Shown: positions 1-13,380, counted from the stretch's first letter. The stretch: DNA of 64,000 nucleotides from Anthoceros angustus (GCA_010909165.1 MU008170.1:1690772-1754771), one strand, 5' to 3'. Program-made: numbers and translations. Notes: generated by a model from the sequence alone, not told the origin.

Positions 1-97
1 GTTTGGGAGTTTGTGTTTTCGGTCGGTGAATTGTTGAATTGTCTGGTGGGTTTGGGCTCGTGAAGATGTTAACGAATTGCGCGCGTGTTTGAAGCAG

Positions 98-3000
98 TTT
101 GTCCTGAATGACGATGAGGGGAAGGTTATCGGCGTTATAACCCTGAGAAAGGACGACCTGGTGGCCAGTGGATGTAAGTTCACCATTCCTCCAAGGATTG
201 AAGTTGAGGTCGGCAGCCCAATTGGTGGGTCCCCTACAACTACATCTGCAGGGGCTAGTGGTAGTGACAGGGAGGGTAGCTCGAGGGTTGATGCGGATTC
301 GGAAGCGGGTGCTGTGGTGGAACGAGCTGTTATCGCTTTAGCTGTTGGGGATGCACCGGCGGTCCAGGAATGTGATATGGATTCCAACAAGAGAAAACGG
401 TGCACGGCAGCTGGTCGGAGTGGTAAGTGTCGAACGGTCCACCTTTGTTTCGTGCGGTGATGTAGAGCTTTTGGTGTTTTGCAAGTAAGAAAATTGTTGA
501 TAGTGTTGCTGCTTGTGGTTTGCAGCTGATGAAATACTTCAGGGTTTGAAGAGACCCAGATATGGGAGTGGAGTTGAGACAAGTGGGTCAAAATGCCCAC
601 CCAAAGCAACCAAGGATACCACCTGTCAGCAGCAGGAAATGGTATTGGATGATGTTGGAGAGCGTCCATCTAATGTTCAAATTGCATGTATGTTAAGCTC
701 TGTGAGGGCAGTTATTAAGCGTGGCTGCAAGGAAGTGGGTGGTGGAGAGAGTACCTCCGGCGCGCTGCAGCTGACATCTCCCAGTACCCAGAGTCGAAGG
801 CCTCAAGCTAAAACCCTTCATGTGCAAGCTCTGTGCGCAGAAGAAGGGTGGTCTAGATCGCGTCCTGATGCTGTCCGCCCCTCTCCTTCATCTTCTGTCC
901 CTCGAGGCCATGACAAGGACTTGGACGGAGCCCGGAGGAGTCAGGACATCTACTTGCGTGTTGGACTGGAACCACCGGCATCTGGGAGTGTAGTTATTCC
1001 TGATACCTTCACAGGGTTCTTGTCGTACAAACAGATCATGTGTGAAGGAGTGGCTGAGGATATCAACTCAAAAGTATGTGCAATCAACCATATGCAAAGA
1101 CTATATAAGCTGCTCTCACTTTACTGTAGTAGTCTGTGAGTGCACGTCCCGAGTGGTAGAATTGATACTTTCTTCGGAGTGCAACAGCTCCGAGATTTTG
1201 TTTCTCACTTCTCTGACGCAAGAACTAGAGCTTCTAGTATATACACACCAAGACCGTCCTGTCAGCATGGACAAGCCAATATTGAGCTAGCAAAAGAGGT
1301 ACGCATCCTGGGTAATTGTTTGCGTCCCATCTGTATGATTTCCAGCTATTCCCTAATGCACCGTTGATGACAGGAGGGGCCTATGAAGGGGTGTCTTGTT
1401 TATAGGTGTCCAAAGCAGCATGTCGAATGTCTATTTACTCGCGCAGATGAAGGTCCTTTCCAGACCCTTCACTTGTCTCTCCTTGTCTACGTCGCTCTTT
1501 CTTAGATTTTGGTTGTATTTAACTGTAGTGATCTCTCTGTCTTCCAGGACCTCTATCCCGTGGTGGTCTGTCTCTGGACATATTAGAAGAGACTCTACAC
1601 TCGCTGGATATTGATTTCTACCGGAATTGTGTCTTGTTTGACAAGTATGGGTTGCTGTACCTGTGCGGCACAGATAGCCTTATGTTGGCTATTTAACAGC
1701 TTGCGACCTGATATCATGAGATTGTGGTCTTTGCAGAAAAACCTATGGTGGAGAAAGAGAGAAAAATGACACGCCCACAGTTCTTCTGAAGATACCGCAC
1801 AACAGACAGTCAGAACGTCCAAGGCACGATCAGTATCCTGGATAGCGCTCTTTGTTAGGCTTTGGTGCATGCTGCCTACTGATCGTGATTAGATGTTCTC
1901 ATGTCAGGGGGGGCGTCTGGATTGTTAGCAATAACTCGGAGTTTTTGCAAAGAACAAAGTATGTCATTCTAATGGTTCTTGTTGAAGCCTTGTTGGGTGG
2001 GCATATGCATTTGTACTTGGCAGTACCTCCAGACATTTTGTGATGTGGTTTTTTGTCCTTCTTTCAGGGAAGATTTTGTAGTGGTGGCTGAAGGTAGTAC
2101 CCTCACGAGGTTCACAGCAGGCTTGATTCAGGTTTGTATATGAAATTGCATGGTGGCCAATGATGTGTTATCTCTTCTTGATTGTGAATGTCTTGTCATT
2201 GTTTGCTCGTTTCTGATTGTGTGCATCCCATGCCTCAGCTGAACTTTCTAGGGGACAGCCCACCTAGGGCGCATCAGTCAAACCTTTTCGCTCTTCACTA
2301 TGATGGAGTATCTTGGGAATTGGGTTTGTTGAGAGTACTAAGGTTTGACCCTCTTCCGAGCAGTAGCGGGGTGTTAAGTGTCATTTTGTCCAACATCACA
2401 TCGACGAGGTTTTTGTGTGATTCCAGTTGCTTAATGCAGTCTGTCCAGGGCTAAGCACACGTTTTATATGCCAAACCTAGGCCTTACTTCAGGTACCTGG
2501 AATTTTCCGCAACAGGCAATTGGAGGATGGGTCCACACCCCTTGTCAGTCTGCTTCTTAAATCTCCTATGAACTCATCTCCTCACATGTTAGGAACGGGA
2601 CCGATTCAACCTTTACTGGCAAAGTACAAGCTCCCTGAAGACCAGGTAACCAAAGAACTGCCAGATACCTCACTCCTCAGTGCTTGTGCTTACAAGTTAC
2701 ATCTTACCCTACAGAGGCCATCGTGATCGCAGTTGAAAGTTCTTCGCCATACAACTCGATGGGCTTCTCCTCGTCACCGTGCAGCGAAAACAGATTTATG
2801 CTTTATTTGTGGAACTTCTGGCTCAGAAACAAGTGAGGCAAAAGTCTCGGATTCCAAATACCTCCTTTGAATCTATTGGTCGTTTGCTTGCTATAGACTT
2901 CATTTGTGTGTTTTGCAGGCAATCTGCTTGCTATTGTAGTGATCACGCTTGTTGAGCTTCTCAAGGTTCGTTTTCGAATCGCCAACACTAGGCTTTGTGT

Positions 3001-5458
3001 GAAAACGTTTGCATCGGAATAGGGCTAATCACAGATGCTCGCTGTAGGAAAAGAGCGACTCTATGACAAGAATCCTGGTGTCAGCAGCCACAGATGCTGC
3101 CATTGATAGGTATAAGTTACAAATTAAGTGAAGCTTAGTTGTTGTACTGATTTCGTTTGCCCTGAAATGGAGGAGAGTGGGATGTGCAATTGGGAGGTTC
3201 TATCTTAAACTCATATCTGGCTGCTGTAGGGTTCTAACAGGGCTTTTGGACCATGGTTTTCATGACTTTCTGCGTGTGGGGAGCTTTGGGAAGACTGCTA
3301 CAAACATCTTTCCGTAAGTGCAAAGGAGCAGTAATTGTGTGTGCTGAACCCTGAAGTTTTGCGTGTTTCACACCAGATGTTAGTCACCTACTGTTAAGGC
3401 ACTTCTTCTTCCCAATACAGGTATCTGCTTCACAGCAACTCTGAGACGGATAACGCGGAGAAAGAACTTAAAAGGCTGCTAAATAGAGTGCATGGTGGAG
3501 AAAAACTGGTAGGTTACTGTTGGATTAGGCACCCATAACTTTACAGTTGATGCATGTCAGTCTGTTAAATTCACATGAAGTCTTTGCAGCTAGTTGAAGC
3601 AGAACTGCGAGCAATCAAGGACGGAAACATGCACGAAAGACAAAACAAACTGCAGCAGGTGCGTGTGGTTGGCGCAACATGCCATGACTTGAGCAGTGCA
3701 CTCCTGACAAAGTGCAGTTTCAAGGTGAGGACTACAGGTACACGAGTTATGTTTTTGGGACGTACCTGCCACGCTCATTGCAGAACTAAGCTCTTTGCTC
3801 TCTGCCAATTGCAGGTGTGTATTCTGGATGAGTGCTCAGAAATCCCAGAACCAGTTAGCTTGATGGCAGTTAGTCAGTTTGGGTGTCACAAGTGAGTTAG
3901 ATCTTCTCATTTCTCCTCCAGAATTTGAAGCAGCTTGGCTAGGGTTTTTTTGTGTTGTTGCTCTTCAATACTAATTGGCTGCATGGAGCCTAATCTTGGT
4001 GGCTTGTGGGTGCTCATTCAGGTTGGTTGCATCTGGTGACATGCCAAAAGTCCCCGTCAGTGCTGGTCTCAAGTGTATGTCATCGATGCAAAGCACAGAC
4101 ACACAGTCCTCCTCTTATGTTATGAGGTGTAGTACAAGCTTACCCCTAGCGTACAAAATTGGTGCTTGCCTTAGCCCTCCAGGAATTTGGATTGTGTTTG
4201 TCTGCGTATCTACATAAAGCAGACCGCCTTTGCAGGAGTTTGTTTGATCGACTAATATCAAGGGGTCACCAACCAGTAGTACTTTTCCCCCAGCATGCAG
4301 GGTATACAATTTGGAAACTGGTTTGTCGTCTATCTTTAAGTTTGCATAAACATGTACACCATATTTGACAAAACAAACTGTTTTTGCTGCTGTCCGTCCA
4401 GGTTCATCAATGTTTCCTCACCAGTGCCAAGCGACACATTGACTTGTAGTGCAGAAAAAAGCTCAAGAGTGCCCAACTGGAAGCAAATAAATGGCACGAG
4501 TGTGACTAATGACCTTACCCAAGACAGCGAAGTATTCATTGCTACACATTCTTCTTGCTCTCAACGCATGGAAGAAGTCCTTATTGACCACAAATTCCAG
4601 TATGTACTCATTGCTGCTCTGACTACATCTCCGTTCTCCACAAACTTTCAGGGCACCGTGAGTACACATTAGTGGTTTGTTTTTGACTCGAAGGTAATCC
4701 AGGGTGCAGGACTTTTGGGAAGGTTATAAGTCATACTGCTTTGGGTACTATTCCAACTCAGAGGCACACAAAAGAAAATTCTCAGCCAGCAAGATGGGTC
4801 AGCGTTTCTTCCAAGAAATCCTTCGTATTGGTACTGTTGTTGTTACCACGAGATTTGACTGAGCCTGTTAATGCGTCCTACCAGGCCAAGTCATTCGTAG
4901 GATCCATGATGAGAGCAGTTTTACTAGGGGAGATTTTGATGATAAAGTCCGATCTACTTGGGCTTTGATTGAAGACTATCTTCAGCGGGAACATGGAGCG
5001 CATTGTACAGACATAAGGTGGTTCCCTTCGAAAGTGATACATATTCATCTATGTCTGTGCTACGTGGTGCTTACGACTCGTTCAACTGTTTTCAGGGTTC
5101 TCATTGACAAGTATGAAAACGCTTCTGAACTGAGTGCTACTGAAGATGGTCGTCTATTATTGGAACTCGCAAAGGTACTTCACACTATGTATCTTAAGTT
5201 CCTTCCATCAAGACGAGACGGGTGCAGATGTGCTGGGTTATGAATCTGCCAGGAAGAGTTCCGTGTAATGAACTTTTGTCCATACTGCAGGAAGATGGAA
5301 ATCTGGCAAGTCATCCATTTGCTAAACTTGCCATCGAGAACTCTAAGAAAGTGGGCCAGAATGACATAATGGAGCGGATCGGCCGACAGCTTGACCGTGT
5401 GAAAGCTGGTTTGAAGAGTCTTAAGCAAAATTCAGATTATCAGATCCTTCAATCCTAA
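98..5458 (+). CDS. ZGRF1: ZGRF1-like protein, multi-exon and 5'-partial: DUF2439-like N-terminus, GRF zinc finger, degenerate UPF1-like SF1 helicase 1A domain, unrelated C-terminal domain
   Basis: Exons read by hand at GT-AG junctions: FVLNDDEGKVIGVITLRKDDLVASG..IEVEV (second half of DUF2439); IPDTF..YKQ..EGVAEDIN; PSCQHGQANIELAKE|EGPMKGCLVYRCPKQHVECLF (zf-GRF); RILVSAATDAAIDRVLTGLLDHGFHDFLRVGS; VRVVGATC; VCILDECSEIPEP; SLFDRLISRGHQPVVL. Domain order matches ZGRF1 from memory. The window starts in an intron; stop at 5456-5458. Confidence 0.8.
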
Positions 5459-5744
5459 GCTCTGTCATCCAACATATTTTGCCTTGACGAATTGGCTTGA
5501 ATTCAAGCTTGACTCGCCGAGGAAAGTATCACCAAATTGTTGATATTAGGTACAGGACGCAGATGCGGTTGACAACTACATGTATCCGTACACAGTGATC
5601 TCAGGAGATAGATAGGGAGATGATTACAGAAGAGAAAACACAACACTAACCAAGTTTCACATGCCTACGTTCCTACATTGCCCGGTCTACGTGGCTATGT
5701 ACTGGCAGCAAGTTGAGCTGCTGTTGCTTACCAATTGCCGGGAC

Positions 5745-7696
5745 CTAGTCGACCACTGCTGGGGGTACGTCAGCAAGGTCAATATCCAGGTCGTCCAACC
5801 CTAAGCTGTCACCCCCTGATCCCCGCAGCGCGAAGGCACCCTGCAGACATTTTTGGAGTAAAGATCCAACCTCGAACAGCCAATCCTGTTTAACGTCCAG
5901 GACCATCACGTACCTCCTGCTGCAGCCGTACTTCCTCAGCTCGTGCTGCCTCTTCTGCAAGAGCTACCCTTTGCCTAAAAGATCTGGCCATTTCGTCCGC
6001 CTACGAGTTCAAAGTAACCAGAATGAGTGTCAGCCGACAAACCTAGCTGCAAGACCAGCCCAGTCATACACGACAAGTGAGGCAAGGCAACCCATACCTT
6101 CTCATAAACAAGTCCTGGATTTCGGAGCATGTCACCAGGAGTCGGCTCCAGCTTCTTGGTGGACAAACTAATCCTGCCTCTTTCCCTGTCTTGGCTGAGA
6201 ATCATAACCTGCAGACACTACCTGTTAGTAGTGTGCCCACCGGTACACTCCAGAGAAAGGACAAGACAAAAGCGAAATGAAGAGCACGCCAGAACCGAAG
6301 AGAATGTACCTTCAACTTATCTCCAGGTTGGAGGACAGTCTCCACGGTAGTGATCCGGTCATGGCTGATCTGGCTGATGTGCAACAGGCCACTTACACCT
6401 CCAATGTCAATGAAAGCACCATATGGTTTCACCGACTGCACAGTACCAACAACTATCGATCCCACTCCGTATGTGTTCTGGCTTTCAGCAGCGGCCTTGC
6501 GGTTGCTGAGAACAAGTCGCGTCCGCTCTTCATCCACCTCAAGAACCTTAAGTGGAATTTCCTTATCAATCAAGTCCTCTTGATTTGTCCTCTGCATTCA
6601 AGTACAAACGGTGTCTGGTCACGACACGATGCAACACGATGCTAGCCCAATGCAGTATCAGAATCACCGCGCGGTACCATTCAGAGCCTGGAAAATCCAA
6701 CTCACCGCAGAAACCTGAGAAAAAGGCACAAATCCTCGTAGCCCCTCCACTTGCACAACTATGCCTCCACGATTAGCAGCCAGCACCTGTGCAAATATCC
6801 ATGAACACGCCAAGTCAAAGCAAACTCCCTTCAGATCCCCTTCTCAATGGAGGTGACCTCATCCAGCCCTTACCTTGCCTCTGATAGTGATATCGTCGGC
6901 TTCAACCTGTCTGCACCGCTCCCACGACAAATCATACTGAAACTTTTTCAAACTGAGTATCAACCTGCCATTATCATCGTCATCACGAATAATGACAAAC
7001 TCCTCCTCCATACCCGGAGTCAGCCCTATCTCCTCTACCTTCTTCAGCTTGAACACACAGGCCTCTTGCAACGGCAAGTAGGCCGGTGCTTTTGCACCGA
7101 TATCAATCAATGCACCGCCGTAGTCCGTCTTAAACACAACTCCCTTCACCTGGAATCCAACACAACCATTACAAACCAAGAATGGTGACTGACTATCCAT
7201 CATCCAATGCCCACTACCACGCATCCATTTAGGGTTAGGGCAGCAAATGCAGCACAAGGAGACGCATTCCATTCCACCACAAAGCTCCAACATCCATCCA
7301 TCCATCCTCCTGGCTCGCCAAAAAGCGTACCGTGTCACCAACTTCGAAGTTGAAATCATACTTGGACAGGGCATCAGAAAACTCGTCGTAGGTGAATGGC
7401 ACTCCCTCCAGGGGGCTCTGCAGGGCCCGCATCCACCGCTCCTCCACTTCCTGCATTAGGCTAGCGTCTTTCGGCTTGGCGCGCTCCAGGGAAGCCACGC
7501 AGTGCACCCGGGATGGAGCCCTGGCAGCGGCAGCTGCCTTCCCGACGAACTTCCTGCCGAGGAATCTGCTGTTGCACAGGCCCATGGAGGCCTTGGGAGT
7601 ACCGAGGAACGGAGATGGCGAGTGCGAGTGAGCCGCCGGCTCACGGAACACCCCGACCGAGGCTGCGGCCACGGACTGCGTGGCGACCGCTGCCAT
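5745..7696 (-). CDS. PRPS1: Plastid 30S ribosomal protein S1 with transit peptide, multi-exon
   Basis: ATG at 7696 (MAAVATQS.. transit-like). S1 repeats [59 protein letters not shown] and [23 protein letters not shown]. Final exons [30 protein letters not shown]. Confidence 0.96.
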
Positions 7697-8189
7697 GGCT
7701 GCAGCTGCAACTGAGACGGGGAAGACGCGGAGCGTGGAGGTGGTCGGACAGGGGCCTGTCTGTCTCTTCACAGTCCGCTGAAGCCTGGCGAGCTGCGGAC
7801 TAGACCGGACTAGCCTAGAGCACCATGCTGGCCAACACGCTCATCCAGGCGTCCTGCGATCGACCATTCAAGCACACTCTCCTTGGAGTCCAACATCCGG
7901 GTGAGTGTGAAGGCACAGTATCTTGTGGTGCCGTTCAGTTGCTCGGCTGCGTGGTGGCATTATCCACACTTTGCCTGGCCTGGTTCGAACCCGCCTCCCA
8001 CCCGAGTTCCATCCCCACACCGCATTTTAGGATGAAAGAAAGAACTCTAAACTTCATTTAGGGGTTGAGATGGGTGAGTTGGATAGCTCATGCAAAAGAA
8101 CTTCGCAGTTAAGCACCCTTTGAGGAGATCAGATGAGTACTCATTCAAAGTTTAAAGTATGGGAGGGCCACCGGGATTTCTCTATTCCT

Positions 8190-8345
8190 AAGCCCACTCG
8201 GGCTCGTCTCCGCTCTTGCTCGCCTCCATTCCTAGGCCCTCCTTTAGGATTCCTCCATTCCTAGGCCCGCTCGGGCTCGTCTCCACTCTTGCTCGCTCTT
8301 TCTCGGGAAGCTCGTCTCTGCTCTTGCTCGCTCTTGCTCGGGGAA
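8190..8345. repeat. Short rearranged direct repeats at the 5' junction of a retro-fragment
   Basis: ctcgggctcgtctcc(g/a)ctcttgctcgc occurs about 3 times and cctccattcctaggccc twice. Confidence 0.6.
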
Positions 8346-8369
8346 GGGGGCAGGTTCCTGGCTTCTCGC

Positions 8370-8935
8370 TCGACCCAGTATTCAGGCGTTCCGCATTGCT
8401 GCGTTGCTGATGTGGTTGTAATCGATCCCATCCGGGACAGTGTCTGCGAACATGTTTTTCTTAACCCTCCAGGTTGGACGGCCAAGGGATGCGCGACGGC
8501 TAAGGTCCACAGGTACTCTCCTATGCAGGACGGCCACGACTTTGTCCCACTTGCCATTGAGACTCACGGAGCCATGGGCAACGATTTCTCTAGGTTCGTC
8601 AAGGCCTGCGCCAAGGCTTATCATAGCCGCAAGAATGGGGTTGACCTCCCCCTTTCTTGTATTGTTGCTTTCTTCCGGCATAGGGTTTCAATCGCTCTAC
8701 AGAGGGCGTTAGCCAACGCAGTGTACAAAACGACAGCGAGCGCGGGGATGCGGCTTTTTCGACACCTGGTAAGTAGGCCTTTTCACATCCCTGACCACGA
8801 AGTTCTTCAGGCGGTTGGTAGTTTTGAAATGCGTGATCATAGGGCTAGTCCCCCTGGCATGGTGCCCCTCGTTGGGTTTTTCCCCCTTTGTTTTTGGGGT
8901 GGATGGGTTTTTCCCATCTCTTTCTTATAATAAAG
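8370..8935 (+). mobile_element. 5'-truncated CRE-like non-LTR retrotransposon (restriction-like endonuclease C-terminus and 3' end)
   Basis: ORF 8289-8930 contains ADVVVIDP..AKVHRY..FVPLAIETHGAMG, the PD-(D/E)xK RLE signature of R2/CRE-group elements. It ends at ..ttcccatctcttttcttataataaa. Confidence 0.75.
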
Positions 8936-9153
8936 CCTTGTTTTCCCTTTTAGGATAGGTAGCTGCAAAAAGCTACCTAGATGTATACCTATACGTACAC
9001 ATACCTAATATTAATATAATTCATTATAATCATATTATCATATCGGCATCACTTTTTAAGGTTCAAGGTGATCCCATGGGATATACAAGAATGCAAGAAA
9101 TGTTTAATCATACTCTTTATTGGTGATGTGAATATAATATTATCACATTGGAG

Positions 9154-11397
9154 AAAAAGATGATTTATTGAGGTGAAAGAACGATGGAAAGAGACCATCT
9201 AGGAAGGGACAACAAATGGGGACCCGGGGGTCGGAGTGAAGAGGAGCAACTGAGCTCCCTACCTAAAGTGACCAATCGCACCCACAATGTCATATGCGTA
9301 GAATAAACGGCCCGCAAACCATGAGGAAGAGGAAAAGGCATCACCCACCGCCGCCTTATGGAGAATCGCCGCTGAGAGCGCCTGAAGAGCAATAGAAACC
9401 CGTCAAGTATGCCGTGAAGTACGAGAGGGACAGACACTATGCTCACAAGATGGTAAGCTTTGGCACAAGACTTGATGAATTTGTCAAAGTCCTCACCATT
9501 GCCCCATACGCTTTAGAGCAAGCGGATAAAGAGGTGGCCCGCTTGCATCCCGCTATACTTATGGACCTTGAGAGCCGCACTCACAAGTGAGGAGCAACCG
9601 ACGGTTGGTGATGACTGAGCGAGGTGGCGCCACGTGTGGTCAAGAACCACTACATCCGCCACCACAACCGGTCGCCACGACAAGGTATAAGTCCGCCCGA
9701 TTGAACGACCAAGAAGAAGAGTATACTCCCGCCTCCTCCAGCCATATAGCCACTTTCGCGAGCAATGGCAAACATGACGCCACGGATGGCGCTGAGTGGC
9801 AATGCGGCGACTGGGGACAACGAGCAAGGTGGACACCGAGACGCTAAGAGCAGAGCCGCACTCACAAGTGAGGAGCGAAGAAGCCACAGCCGGAGTAGGC
9901 CGAGACGGAATCGCATCGCAGAGTGAAGGTGGTTGGTGCGATGTGAAATCCCGTATGCATGGGCGGGCCAAGAGCTGCACCGCCTCCTTCCTGCAAGAGC
10001 GAGCCGCGCCTAGTGGACCCGGAGATGGAGGGGTCCCGGAGGATGATCAAAAGCTCGGCCGAGCCGCTTCGAGCGTAGATGCCTCGCAATCCCTAAAGCC
10101 ATCGATGATAAATGTAGAGAAAGGAGGGAAGTCCTTCCGAGCATCCGCCGATAACATGTCTCCGGCCCGCCTCAAGGACGATTGAGAGAGAAGGTTCCCT
10201 CCTCCACACTTGATACGAGATCCTCGAGAAAGGGCTTGTCATGGAGGATGAAACGGGAAGCCAAGGCAGGCAGAGGGCCCAACTCCCAAGAAAGCCGCCG
10301 GGAAGAGACCTCATGAGAGCACCCCACGCCCAAATTGCACAGCAGTGGATGCTTGCTGTGTCGCCCCTGTGGCACTCAAAAGCCCCGAGCCCAAGATGTC
10401 CCCAAGAGTATCCATAATCTTCAGATCAAACCCCGAGCCGGACAAAAGGACCGAGACGAGGCGCAGACGGATGAGGTACCTGTGGCGCCTAGCAAAGCAG
10501 AAGGAAAAGGATTCCAAAGGCCACCCGAGCATCCTCCAAAGAAAGGGAGGTCTTCAATATGGGAGAGGTCCTCTGCAAGGGCCTTGTCCAGAAGCTCCCA
10601 ATGAAGTCTGGGAACCAAAGGGGACCCCAAGAACTGCACCAAGAGCCGAGCAATCTCCCCAGAAACCGCAGAGTAGGCGATCCCGACGGAGACCAGACGC
10701 TGCACTTGGACATCTTGACCTTCAAGCCCACCAACGAAAGCTCGAAGAGAATATCTCAAAGGCCTCCTTGACTTTGTCCCTGTGCCCGAGGATGTGAGAA
10801 TCGCCGTTGAAGAGCAATAGCGAAGGGAAGACACACATGGAGAGGGCGGCAGTGGGCCCTATAGTGAGCAATAGCGAAGAGAGCACCGCCAGCGGTCGCC
10901 TTGCTCGGTACTGGCCGATTCCAAGACGAGACGGCGAAACTCAAGAGACGTTTCAGCCGGTAGTAGAGGTTGGAGGACCTCCGAGAAGCACCGGACAAAG
11001 GGTATAAGACTCTAGACGCCAAAGATCCCTAAGCTCCTCAAAGATGACGCCCGGAAATGGTATTGAAGGCGTTCTCGACATCCACCGTAAGACTACCCAA
11101 TCCGGGTGGGTATCAAGGCAAGCTTTCACCCCTAGCACCACGCACTGCACTCCTGAGTGGCAATGCCAAATTGAAGGGGTTGAAGTGTCCGGAGAAGGGA
11201 GCGATCAGAGATAGCGGCCGAGTAGCCGCATGAAGGCCTCCCCAACCGCGAGTGACGCGAGAAAGGTGCTTGTCCATAGCGACAAGCCTACTAGCTGCAA
11301 GAACAGCTGAAATCCGGTGAGGCATCTCTCCACGAGCCACCGCAGCAGCCAGAGAAAAGAGTTGTGGAAAGCCGCTAGATGGATCTTCGGGGAGAAA
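9154..11397 (-). mobile_element. 5'-truncated, frameshifted CRE-like non-LTR retrotransposon (RT + RLE) with a 10-bp target-site duplication
   Basis: AVLAASRLVAMDK..AVGEAFMRL, QFGIATQ, VVLRVDVENAFNTI, GDPLAGALFAIAH, VGLKVKMSKCSVWSP; RLE ADVVVLD..KVHKY..LFI. cacattggag flanks both ends (9144-9153 and 11398-11407). Confidence 0.85.
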
Positions 11398-11501
11398 CAC
11401 ATTGGAGTAACACAAAGTTCTTTTTAACCTTATATACTTAGTAGATATGTTTAATCATACTCTTTGTGATATGAATTTGATATAATCACATTTGAGTAAG
11501 T

Positions 11502-11568
11502 GCACCTCTATGATAGGACACAAGGCTCTTTCTAACCTTATGGTCGTGGGGTTCAAATCCCATAGGTG
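11502..11568 (+). pseudogene. Degenerate tRNA-Lys(CUU)-derived sequence (pseudo-tRNA or SINE head)
   Basis: caaggctctt(tct)aaccttatggtcgtggggttcaaatccc aligns with plant tRNA-Lys CAAGGCTCTTAACCTTGTGGTCGTGGGTTCGAGCCCC (recalled). The D-arm is partly deleted and there is an insertion in the anticodon loop. Confidence 0.6.
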
Positions 11569-12218
11569 ACAATGAATTCCTTAATTATACAAGATGTGGG
11601 TGGATTGTGGTAGACACTTTATCAAGGTTTAAACATAAAAGTGATAGTTCATTCAAGACGGCAATGAAAAGTGAAGAAGGGATGAGGAAGAATGAGTTAT
11701 ATAAGTTATATAAAAATATATATATTTTTATATATTGCTAGGGAGGATAAGTACACGCTTCCCTTCATGCTCTTGACTTTATTGTAATATTAACTCTAAA
11801 CACAAAGTGCTAGTTCATCCAAGTGGACAATGAAAAGTGAAGAAGGGATGACAAAGAATGAATTGCATTTCTATTAGGATGAGTACAAGCTTCCTTCATG
11901 CTGGTTATTGTGATATTAACACAATTCCATCATATAGGGATGAGTGACACCCCTACTGGTTTCCTTGCCACGTTACCTTAGTTCTCCCCTCTCCTTCAAA
12001 CTCCGATGAATGACGAGTGACGCCCATATTGGGTTCCTTGCCATGCCACGCTACCTTAGTTCTCCCCTCTCCTTCAAACTCTGTACACTCATGGGCAATT
12101 CCGTGTTAGCCCCCATCACCTTCGGATTGAAACCAACCGCTAGTTCAAGCCTGCGCCTCCTCAAGAAGAACGAATTTGCAAGCTCTGCTCTTTGGACCCT
12201 GAATCTGATTCTCGTTTT

Positions 12219-12554
12219 CTCTTCTATTGTCCCGTCTATGCTGATATTCGGGCTCTTGTATTGTCCCGCCTATGCTGATATTCAAGCTCTTCTATTGTCT
12301 CGCCTGTGCTGATATTCGGGTGCTTCTATTGTCCCGCCTGTGCTGATATTCAGGCTCTTCTATTGTCCCACCAGGCCGATATTGGGCTCTTATTGTCTAC
12401 TTTGTCTTGATATTCAAGCTCTTATTGTCTACTTTGTCTTGATATTCAAGCTCTTCTATTGTCCCGCCTGTGCTGATATTCAGGCTCTTCTATTGTCCCA
12501 CCTGTGCTGATATTCAGGCTCTTCTATTGTCCCACCTGTGCTGATATTCAGGCT
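12219..12554. repeat. 34-bp minisatellite, about 10 copies
   Basis: Unit tcttctattgtcccgcctgtgctgatattcaggc repeated head-to-tail with no unique spacers. Confidence 0.95.
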
Positions 12555-12601
12555 CGTTACACTCTTCTTTTCGATTTAGCTGGTTTTTGCATTCTTGTCT
12601 T

Positions 12602-12785
12602 TTCACATTCCTAAGGTCTCTAGACTCTCTTTGTGAGCTTTTTGACCTAGTTTTTGCCTTCTTCTCTATTCACATTCCTAAGGTCTCTAGACTCTCTCTG
12701 TGAGCTTTTTGACCTAGTTTTTGCCTTCTTCTCTATTCACATTCCTAAGGCCTCTAGATTCTCTCTATGAGCTTTCTGACCGTCG
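12602..12785. repeat. 67-bp tandem repeat, about 2.7 copies
   Basis: ttcacattcctaagg.. starts at 12602, 12669 and 12736. Confidence 0.9.
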
Positions 12786-13000
12786 ACAGGCCTTGTAGGA
12801 CTCTTCATAGGTTTCGCCTCTTTTTTTTCCTCCTTACTGTCTTTTTCAAATTTTCCATGTTTCACGATATACTATCTCTTGATGGTCTATCATCAAGCTC
12901 TTGATGGTCTATCATCAAGAGATAGTATATCCAAATGATGTGTGTCCAAATGGCCTAGGCCAAATGGAGACACATTTATAAGAACGCCGTGATTAAGCAT

Positions 13001-13380
13001 CCTGCGCTTGGATCGGTACTTAGATGGGGTGCCTAAAGGGAGTGGATGTCCTTGGTGCAAGTAGCTTAGGGACACCATGGTACAAGTTGTTAAGTACCAA
13101 GTCCCATGACGGAATCCTTACTTAGATGGGGTGCCTAAAGGGAGTGGATGCCCTTGGTGCAAGTAGCTTAGGCACACCATGGTACAAGTTGTTAAGTACT
13201 AAGTCCCATGACGGAGTCCTGCGCTTGGATCGGTACTTAGATGGGGTGCCTAAAGGGAGTGGATGCCCTTAGTACAAGTAGCTTAGGCAGTACTTAGATG
13301 GGGTGCTTAAAGGGAGTGGATGCCCTTGGTGCAAGTAGCTTAGGCACACCATGGTACAAGTTGTTAAGTACCAAGTCCCG
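13001..13380. repeat. Degenerate ~110-bp tandem repeat, 3-4 partial copies
   Basis: tacttagatggggtgc(c/t)taaagggagtggatg.ccttggtgcaagtagcttagg recurs 4 times. Confidence 0.85.

Noticed and set aside
2071-2083. CACTA-like inverted end (ttttgtagtg)
   Set aside because: Lies within a ZGRF1-like exon (EDFVVVAEG) and has no subterminal repeats.
7228-7240. Telomere-like tttagggttaggg
   Set aside because: Only two units inside a PRPS1 intron; expected by chance.
7975-7995. B-box-like ggttcgaaccc
   Set aside because: No cloverleaf or A-box could be folded around it.
12219-12554. CRISPR-like 34-bp repeats
   Set aside because: Head-to-tail with no unique spacers, no cas genes, and a eukaryotic context; it is a minisatellite.
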